The notes beneath the pieces are model-generated. The model saw nothing but the letters and a program-made list of their open reading frames with translations. It had not been told where the DNA came from and did not search any database. A program made the translations under genes and the position numbers. DNA of 64,000 nt from Octopus sinensis (taxonomy: Eukaryota): the NCBI RefSeq assembly GCF_006345805.1, contig NC_042997.1, positions 104,594,001-104,658,000 on the forward strand. The letters are read 5' to 3'. Position 1 is the stretch's first letter; every line of letters starts with the position of its first letter. Below, in pieces: positions 54,851-64,000 of the stretch.

Positions 54851-56239
54851 GTATATATATGTATATGTATATGTATATATGTATGTATGTATGTGTTTGT
54901 GTGTATTTCTATAAAGAGAGAGAGGGAGACTGGGAGTGAGAGAGATGGAGCAATGAAAAGAATGTCACGAACAAGTTGTTTAACAAGCAACTAGAATTAA
55001 ATGGTGTATCACAAACATAGCTGGTACTTTTTTAACTCTTTACATACATACAAAGGAATGCTGTTTTAGCTCCTGTTGCTTTTGTAGCTGGTGTTATTAT
55101 TTACGATGATGATGATAATGATGATGAGTATAAAAAACTAAGGAGGGTAATAATAATCATATTTGAAATGTTGAGATTGTTTGTGACGGTGATGACAAAC
55201 AGGTTGCAAATAATGATGAAAATCAACATCATCAGCTGCATGATGAGGAGAAAGAGGAGAAAGGAAGGAAAAGGAAGGAGATAAAGAGGAAGTGAAGAGG
55301 AAAAAGAGAAGAGAGGGAAGAGGAGAAGAGGGGGAAGGAGAAGAAGAGAAAGAGAAGAGGAGGATAAGTCTAATAAATGTTATAATGTTAATTCTGATTT
55401 TTATGATCATGATCATGAATATGGTCATTGAGACAGCCATTATGGTGATGATTTTGATCATGGTCGTAACAGCGGTGAAGATAATAATGCAGAGGGCAAT
55501 GACACTGATCTTGATTGAGATGGTGATGAAACTTTTGGTATCTAGGAAGTAAAATTTGGTATTGTGTTTCTTTTCGTTCTTTTATTATAATAAATTGTTT
55601 CACAGGGTTTCGATAATGTCGAATGTTACATCGCATAACTGAATTAAGTCACATATGGGATTAGAATAGTCTAGCCTCTGTTCAAACAACGAACTTTAAC
55701 TTGGTAAATCATTCCGTGTGTATATCTTTTATCTTTTTTCTTGTTTCAGCCATTTGACATGCTAAGGCACGTACTTATTTTTATACGCATATACATATAT
55801 GTACATATATACATTAATATATGTATGTATATGTGTATATATACCTATAACCATAGAATCTAGTACAATAAGTAAAAGTCAAATTCTAAGAGACGGGAAT
55901 GACATTCATGGTATGTCGATAGCAAAATCTTCTGACTGCTTACCTTTATTTTAAAATGCGATTTCTCCCGAAATATTTATTAGGTTATTAACAACTTAGG
56001 TCAGGTAATACAATATCATCTGTTTCCCCTTGTTGGCATCACCATGTTTAGATTAACATCTCACTCGCATTACTCAAAGGTTTTACAAACATTAATAAAT
56101 ATCATATATTTTCAAATCCAATTTTACATTCCTGCAAATTCTACCGGGTTTTTTGTTTTAGTAACTCACCCACAACCTGGAAATTGTATTCCAGAGTTGA
56201 GGTGGGTATTCGGTTGCTTTGACCTCAGTGAATGACAGG

Positions 56240-56300
56240 TACTTATTTCATCGACCTGGAAAGGATGAAAGGCAAAGTCAACCTCGAGGAAATTCAATTT
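56240..56300 (-). mobile_element. SINE family C central fragment
   Basis: gtacttatttcatcgacctggaaaggatgaaaggcaaagtcaacctcg; similar decayed pieces at ~48985-49040 and ~51170-51330. Confidence 0.65.
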
Positions 56301-56625
56301 CAGAATATAATGTGTGGGATGAAATTTTGCTAAGCATTTTTCCGGTCTTGTAACGTTTCTGACAGTTCACTGCCTTATAGAATTGATATAAAAAAATAAT
56401 AGAATTTACATAGACCATTGACAAAATTTCGAAGCTAGTAATGAAAAGAAAAATTAATACACTATATATACCTAATGCATTCTTTTCGGTTCTTATTAAA
56501 GTCTTTAGAGAGAATGAAAAGAATGGTACATAAATCGGTAAAACATATATATGAATATATGTATACATGTATGTATATGCTTATATGTGTACATATAATT
56601 ATGTTAGTATGTGTAACACCTCTCT

Positions 56626-56711
<86 letters not shown>

Positions 56712-56714
<3 letters not shown>

Positions 56715-56964
56715 TAAATATTAGGGAATAAATCCAAATTTACAGGGAAAAAAATCAGATTTAGGATTAAATCCAATTTTATAGTAAAATATTATAAAAT
56801 ATTATTAGAGACAAAACCACTATTTTGCAAAACAAACAAGGAAAGACTTAATCAATACATAAAATTTTAATAAATAGTCAAAAAAACCGCCACTACAATT
56901 GTTTCTTGTCTTGATCGACAATCTTCAGGTGGACTTCTGGTTTTGTCTCTAATAATATTTTATA
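56712..56964 (-). mobile_element. PLE-type module between two TA tracts, with a 27-bp inverted 5' segment
   Basis: 56793-56819 is the perfect reverse complement of 56938-56964; contains an HHR. Confidence 0.75.
56883..56938 (-). ncRNA. Type I hammerhead ribozyme motif, complete core
   Basis: Minus: CCAC-CTGAAGA-TTGTC-GATCAA-GACAA-GAAA-C-AATT-GT-A | GTGG. All core positions present; GUA cleavage at 56894/56893; palindromic AATT loop III. Confidence 0.85.
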
Positions 56965-57498
56965 TATATATATATTAATATTCCATTAACGGGAGATCAA
57001 CAGAAAAGCACTCCATCCAGTAAGAGATAAATATCATTTAATGTGCATTGTATGAATATACGACCTACTAGTGGTTTCTTGCTTTGGAAACAAAGATCTA
57101 GACATGTATTTATAATATGCCTCATATCTCCAAGCAGCCCCTAGGCTCTGATCACTTGATCTATTCTAATTGTAAATGAACACATTGGTAAAAGAATAAT
57201 CCGAAGAAAAAAAAGGAAAGTTTAGATGTAAAAGATGGAATTGTGAAAAAAAAGGGAAAAGAAAAGGAAAGCAAGAACACACCTTCCCCTCTTTTCTTAT
57301 GTTTTTTCATCCTACTTCCTAAAATTGACATATTTGAAAGGTCACCAGCCCTTGTCAGAAAATGTGTTTATTTAAAAATATATTGATAGGTATACAACGA
57401 AAAGAAAAAACAAGGGCGAAAGCAAAAAATACTCTCTAATGAAATTTCAATGAATTGGCCTCATCAGATTGAAAAGAAGACCTTCTCTCTCTCTCTCA

Positions 57499-57570
<72 letters not shown>

Positions 57571-57892
57571 CCCATCCTTTATTATTTTTTCTCCTCTTGC
57601 TTGATTGTCCTGAGACTTCTTTCAGTGTCTATTTCCCCATCTTTACTCTTCTTTCTCTCTCACCCCCTTTCTCCCAAATCGCAAAAACAATATTCTAGTT
57701 TTCTAAACAAAGCAAAGAAAAAGTAATCCGATTCATATAAATGAACAACGAAACGGTCTGTTTTTACTATTTTGATATTGATTTTGTTTTGAGTTCGAAA
57801 AACAAACGAAAGCAGTAATAATGAATTATCCAAAATTCTAGCTACCTCTTTTTTCTCAATAAACAATATATGTACACCACTTCAACAACTCT

Positions 57893-57956
<64 letters not shown>

Positions 57957-57957
57957 C

Positions 57958-58079
<122 letters not shown>

Positions 58080-58889
58080 TGTGCATATATCTTTTACTTG
58101 TTTCAGACTGAGGCTGTGCTGTGGCATAATCTATATCTAGTTTTAATGACCATAAAAAGTTAATTTTATCTTGCATCGGTCTTTCATAGTTGGTGCATAT
58201 AAAGAGTAAATTTTGTAAATACACTTAGAGTTCATGCATTGATGGAACCATTTTTTCTAGTGATCTGATGAGCTAGCTTTCTTTATCTGTACTGTGTTGT
58301 AAATAGACAATAGTATTATATAATGCATAACATGCATATCAGTACAGACATGTAAAATAATTTATTATACTCTAAAATGCCTATTACGTGATGAAAAGTA
58401 GTGAAATATATTCACCTCTCATACCTGCTGATATTTTATGATTTATATAGTGTAATTCCTTGTTTTTCATTAAAAGAGAGAAAACAAAAAAATGAAAAGT
58501 AGATATACGTATTTACAAATCATAATCCATAGATCAATATTTTGTCGGCCATCTTGCAAACATATGAAACACTCGTACATCTTTTACAACATAATGTGAA
58601 AGTACTCGATATGCAATTAATAATATTCCACTTTATGAATATGGAATACATTTCAATACAGAGAGAAATAAAAAAGTCACGTAACAAAATTAAGCGATGT
58701 TGATGAAAAGAATCCTCCGAGGCACGTTGTGTGTCCTCTAAATCAAACTCGTGATTCAGCCAGGTTAAGCATAAGCGAAATTAATCATGACGCTGTATTG
58801 TAGCACAAGCATAATGTGCCTTCTTCGAGTAGAGTACAGTTTGAACTTCCTTAAAACAACCCTAGAAACTATATATATATATATATATA

Positions 58890-59105
58890 TCTCTTATTAT
58901 AAAGGGCAGATTTTATCTGCCTCCCTTTGTCAGTTATAGAAATCTACAATATAGGATTTCTTCAATTACAATTTACCTAGCATTTTTAAGAGTAGAATGC
59001 ATCGGGTCATGCCAGGTCCAGTTTTTAAAATTTAAACTCCAATTAAGCAAAATTTACAGAAAACTCACATTCTGGTGTGTATGTCAAATGCTTTTCTTAA
59101 TGTAG
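58890..59105 (+). mobile_element. Probable Helitron 5' fragment
   Basis: A|TCTCTTATTATAAAGGGCAGATTTTATCTGCC start is typical of non-autonomous Helitrons; no 3' CTAG end seen. Confidence 0.4.
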
Positions 59106-59393
59106 TTTACACCACACGCACAAGCACACACACAGTGTGCAACGAATAAAATGAAAGTAATTCACTGTGTGTGTGTTGACAGGTAGACAATAGAATGCGA
59201 TGGCGATGGCGATGGCGATGTAATATTTGTTTCTGTCTATCACGCTGATAGATACATGAGTAAAATGTATGGCAAGCTAAGAGATAAGAGTGAGCGAAAA
59301 TGTTCTTGGAAGAGAGTAAATAGCGAGAGTGATTTGAGGAAGACTTTACATTAAATAACCGTAGTGGCTTGTATATATATATATATACATACA

Positions 59394-59661
59394 TAAGACA
59401 GTAAGGTGTGATTTGAGGGAGATTTGGCTGCTATTTCTACCATGTCTAGCTGCCATGTAGGGGTCTCCCTCATAGGCTCATACATACATATATACATAGA
59501 TAATACAGTAAGGTGTGATTTGGGGGAAATTTGGCTGCTATTTCTACCAGGTCTAGCTACCATGTAGAGGTCCCCCTCATTGGCTCATATATATATACAT
59601 ACATACATAAGACAGTAAGGTGTGATTTGAGGGAGATTTGGCTGCTGTTTGTACCAGGTCT
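59394..59661 (+). repeat. Tandem repeat, 107-bp period, ~2.5 copies
   Basis: Units start at 59394, 59501 and 59608 (taagacagtaaggtgtgatttgagggagatttggctgct); a dispersed fragment lies at ~38772-38825. Confidence 0.9.
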
Positions 59662-59730
59662 GTTAGGCCTTCTCATGTAAACTCAAGCTTTCTCATGCCT
59701 TGAACATAAGACCAAAGCAGAGAATGTATT

Positions 59731-59940
59731 CTTTTATTCTTCTGCTTTTTCCAGCCATTGGTCTGTGGCCATGCTGGGGCAATGCCTTGAAGAATTGTAG
59801 TTTCATGAATCAACTCCAGTTTTATTTTTGTAAGCATTGTACTTATTCTATCTGTTTCCTTTGTCAAACCACTAGGTGACAGGGATGTAAACAAACCAAC
59901 ATTCGTTGTCAAGCAGTGGTGGAGGACAATCACAAGCACA
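59731..59940 (-). mobile_element. Diverged SINE A-type 3' module
   Basis: tgtggccatgctggggcaatgcc...gtacttattctatc...ttgtcaagcagtggtggaggac. Confidence 0.65.
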
Positions 59941-60026
59941 GACACGCACACACACACACATACATGCATACACATATACACACATACATACATACATACA
60001 TATATATATATGTGTGTATATATATA

Positions 60027-60283
60027 TTGCAGCGTGGAAGGTGTTTGTAAGCCATTTAAGAAACACAAAAACCGTTAGATTCACTTCAACATTTAAATTT
60101 AATTTGCCAAAATATTTTCCTCGCTTTGAGACCGCGACCTGTTCACTGACAAAAATATGGTGCTAACAGGTCGCGGTCTCAAAGCGACGAAAATATTTTG
60201 ACAAATTAAATTTAAATGTTGAAGTGAATCTAACGGTTTTTGTGTGTTTCTTAAATGGCTTATAAACACCTTCAACGCTGCAA
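60027..60283. repeat. Long fold-back, 117/119-bp arms, 21-nt spacer
   Basis: 60027-60143 versus 60165-60283; 4 mismatches and a 2-nt indel; the left arm starts at (TA)n, and the right arm continues to ~60348 and (TA)n. Confidence 0.95.
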
Positions 60284-60465
60284 CTGTTTTCGTTCCAGCA
60301 CACGATCTCAGATCAAGTCACTTGCTATGCAAGTACATCTCTGTAACTATATATATATTTATATATATATATATATATACATATATATATTATATATGTA
60401 TATTGGTAAAAACAGTAAGATAACAAAAGAAGAAAGAGACCTCAATATTATGTAAATAGAGGAAA

Positions 60466-60856
60466 TCTTTATATATAAAAGTGAGGTTGTGTGTCTGTCT
60501 CCTACGATTTAGATTGCTAACTACTCCCACATTTTGCGGTGCAGTTTAACCAAAACCGGGTATCTTATAGTCGTGATTCATATCGAGACCGTCTGGGTAT
60601 TAGCGCGCGTCTACGATGAGCCTACGATTTAAAAAAAATTACCATCAATTTTTCCCATTTTTAATCCATTTTTGACATATATAAGGGAAGTAACTCTCTA
60701 AAATTTATTATTAAATCTCCGAACGTAAAAAGCTACAGTAACACCCCTCCCCCTTTGTGGTTAGCCATATTGAGATGGTATTATACTTTACATCTCTAAA
60801 AATGCTTATATAATTATTTCCCTTACAAACTCGAGCAACGCCGGGCGATACTGCTA

Positions 60857-60857
<1 letters not shown>
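60466..60857 (+). mobile_element. Non-autonomous Helitron (392 bp)
   Basis: A|TCTTTATATATAAAA 5' end; subterminal hairpin CTCGAGCAACGCCGGG; CTAG|T 3' end; no TSD. Confidence 0.85.
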
Positions 60858-60906
<49 letters not shown>

Positions 60907-60974
60907 ATATATATATAATATATATATATATTATGTATGTATGTATGTATGTATATATATATATATATATATAT

Positions 60975-61145
60975 GGGAGAATAAAAAAAAAAGGTGAAGA
61001 CAGGTGGTGTAGACAGCAAACTGATGTATTAGTCTAACGCTCGGGAAGTGAAAACAGTCTTTAACGTTTCGAGCCTACGCCCTTCCACAGAAAGGAACAC
61101 AGAAAGAAACAAGGAGAGAAAATAAAGAATGTGTAGTGGCTAGCG
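60975..61145 (-). mobile_element. PLE-type module family F with HHR-like motif (core CTGTGGA)
   Basis: 61059-61094 minus: CTTT-CTGTGGA-A-GGGC-GTAG-GCTC-GAAA-CGT-T-AAAG; tail ends at (TA)n. Confidence 0.8.
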
Positions 61146-61449
61146 ATCTGTGTATGTATACATGCGTGTGTGTGTGTGTGTGTTTGTGTGTGTAGGTTAG
61201 CGAGTTTGATAAGTACTAACGCTTGAAACTTTCGGACCTTGAGTCACTTTCTTGCTTCTACTTAATATTAATTATGTGTGTTTATACACACACACATACA
61301 TAAATGTGTTTGTGTTTGTGCTTCTATATGCAAGCATACAAACATATATGTGTATGTATACATATATTACGTATACTTGTACCCCTCTATGCATGTATGA
61401 TCCCGGTGCGTGCCTATAATTACGTCTGCTTAAGATAATATTGATATGC

Positions 61450-61529
<80 letters not shown>

Positions 61530-63013
61530 ATATATATATACATATATATGTGTGTGTGTGCGTATTCATATATTTAGAAACAAACACACACGCCCACGAA
61601 CACACATATACACAGACACACACGCATTCACTTTGTCCCTCTATCTCTCATTCTCTCTCTCTCTCTCTCACACACACATAAACATACGCACACACACATA
61701 CTCACACGCGCACACACACACACACACACAAACGCACACACACACACGCACACACACACTGCAGTTATTTATGTTGAAGTATATCAGTGAATGCCGTCTT
61801 GTTCGCTAACGAACGAAATAAGAAAAATGAACGATAAAAATAATTAAATGAAAACAATAATGAAATATATATATATAAAAAAAAACAACAAAAAAATTTA
61901 ATACAAAATTAAATATATACATAAAATGTAAACAAACAAACGAACAAACAAAACACTAAGAGTTTTAATATACTTAAGCAAAGTTTATATTTTTGCTTTT
62001 CTGACTGACTTGTTGGCTTACAATAGAAATAGTATAGAAACAGAATAAAGCTTGCTTTGTTCTAAGGTTAGAAAAAACATAGTTTAAAATAGCTTTCCTC
62101 ATTGCTCAAGCTTCTCGCTTCTATATGTTTGGGAGTGTATATACATAGGCGCGAGTGTATGTACGTGTCTGCATATGTGTATGTGTGTGTGTGTGCGTGT
62201 GTGGTATTTGGTGTGTGTGTGTGGTTTATATGTTTGTAAGAGTAAGAACATGATTTTTAATTTGTGCCAATTTGCGTGGACCCTATGCGCTTTTTTCTCT
62301 CTTTCTCTGTGTTTCCCTCTCTACCTCCCTCTCTCTCTCTCTCTCTCTCTCCTTCCTTTCTTTCCAAATCGCTCACTCTCTTACTTTCACATTCACTCTA
62401 CTCTCTCCCCCTCTATCTCCCTCTCTCCCTCTCTCCCTCCTCCCTCCTCCCTCCTCCCCCCTCTCTCTCTCTGCTAATGTATGTATGTAATTCGTTCATG
62501 TGATATATAATGGTGTGAGAGATAACATGAATGTAAATATACATTCATCAGCGTATGTGTGTGTGTATGTATATAAATATGTGTGCGTGTATGTGTGTCT
62601 ATGTATCTGTCGGGATCTGCGTATGTATTCGTATATTGTATATATTTTGGGCACATCGAAACATGTGTCTGTAATGTGTTTATTTCTGAGCTTCATTGTG
62701 ACTGTGCACATGTGTGTGCGTGAGTGTGTGTGTGTGCATGTATGAATGTTTAACCTTGTGTATGCACATGTGTGCATATGTTTATTTCTCTATGTATGCA
62801 GGTGTCTATGATCTTTTTTGTATATATTTATGTATGTGTAGAGGAGAGTGCCAATGAAGGTCCCTTTATAATTGAAGAGCTTCAATATGTTGTCAAGCAA
62901 TTAGTATAGACTACCCGTCAGTACGTGCGTCTGGAGTGAATCAGATTTCCACCCTATCTTAAACATAGACCTGTAATATTTAGAACGGATCTGCCGCAGC
63001 AGCGTTAGAACTA

Positions 63014-63059
<46 letters not shown>

Positions 63060-63090
63060 GTGAAATGTAAAGAATAAAAATGCAAACAAT

Positions 63091-63128
<38 letters not shown>

Positions 63129-63595
63129 AATAATAATAATAATAATAATAATAATAGTGAAATGTAAAGAATAAAAATGCAAACAATATAAGGAAGTGGG
63201 AATTAAAGGGAATATAAAAGTTGAGTCGGTGCAACTTCAACTGATGTTTGAACGAACGAAACATCCGTGGAGACAAACAGGTGAAGAATAGTTAAAATTT
63301 TCTTTCATATACACCGTTGGTGCTCCAGCACGGCCACATCTTTAGGACTGAAACACGTTACAGAATAAAATAAAGAATAGAGACGGAAATAGAAATGCAA
63401 TCATTGGTAAAGGAAAAGCAGATATACTTCCATAAATTATAGACGAAAGAAATTTGTTGTTTTTCTTTTATATATGTATCCCATACTTTTGCTTTCAAAT
63501 TATAGAATTCTGTATTTAGTTTGTTTTGTTATTATGAATGAGCACATCGTTTCATATCTACTCGTCGTGTATGACCACCTATAGTATCAATATAT

Positions 63596-63673
<78 letters not shown>

Positions 63674-64000
63674 CACTACTACTACTACGACTAATAATAA
63701 TAATAATAATATAATAATAGGAGAACACTCGGCGAGAAACGGAAGAAAATTTGAAGCAAGAAGGGAAAAACATAATAATAATAATAATAATAATATAATA
63801 ATAATAACTCACATTGCCCCATAAGGAGCATAGGGCTGGATAGCAAAAGGGGCTGATTGCTACCTAGCTCAGATACCAGGAAACCCCAAAATGGCAGAAA
63901 TTCAAAAGATAGTGCCCATGGGAACTGCTCATATCCTACGCAAAATACTTTCTATGTAATCTCAAGGTTTAAAACAAACATAATTTTCTTATGGTTTCTT

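Noticed and set aside
57061-57100. Minus-strand GAAAC-CACTA-GTA half-hammerhead
   Set aside because: The 5' core is missing; counted only as a decayed remnant.
59394-59661. CRISPR-like repeat-spacer pattern
   Set aside because: Whole units repeat, linkers are microsatellite, there are no cas genes, and the context is eukaryotic.
63016-63190. Duplicated agtgaaatgtaaagaataaaaatgcaaacaatat segment
   Set aside because: Simple slippage duplication within (ATA)/(ATG) tracts.

Overview
Eukaryotic, AT-rich, microsatellite-saturated non-coding DNA (intronic or intergenic). The dense (TA)n/(CA)n/(GATA)n/(CATA)n tracts and the SINE families look to me like an Octopus (coleoid cephalopod) genome; this is an inference from recalled repeat sequences, not a database search. 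No confident cellular gene is present. Almost all ORF-track entries are microsatellite translations or repeat fragments; one candidate 145-nt exon lies at 22551-22695 (-). The window holds: (1) four tRNA-headed SINE families, one copy nested in another SINE's internal microsatellite; (2) decayed DNA transposons: an Hsmar1-like mariner with both TIRs (51356-52653), two other DD34D mariner remnants, a mariner MITE, two DD37D/maT remnants and non-autonomous Helitrons; (3) LINE remnants (RTE-like, a second RT, a Penelope-like RT). The most interesting signal is a set of short Penelope-like (PLE) terminal modules that end in (TA)n tracts and carry type I hammerhead ribozyme (HHR) motifs. Near-complete HHR folds occur at 14101-14179 and 14545-14623 (a tandem pair in 445-bp-period direct repeats, retrozyme-like), 4126-4199 (-), 16591-16662 (-) and 56883-56938 (-). 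Other copies share non-canonical cores (CCGACGA, CTGTGGA). Many of these modules are joined to inverted partial copies of themselves, giving long fold-backs at TA tracts. HHRs in PLEs are established biology; what is open is the activity of these copies, the core variants and the link between cleavage site and inversion breakpoint. Interspersed-repeat boundaries are read by eye and approximate unless motifs are quoted.
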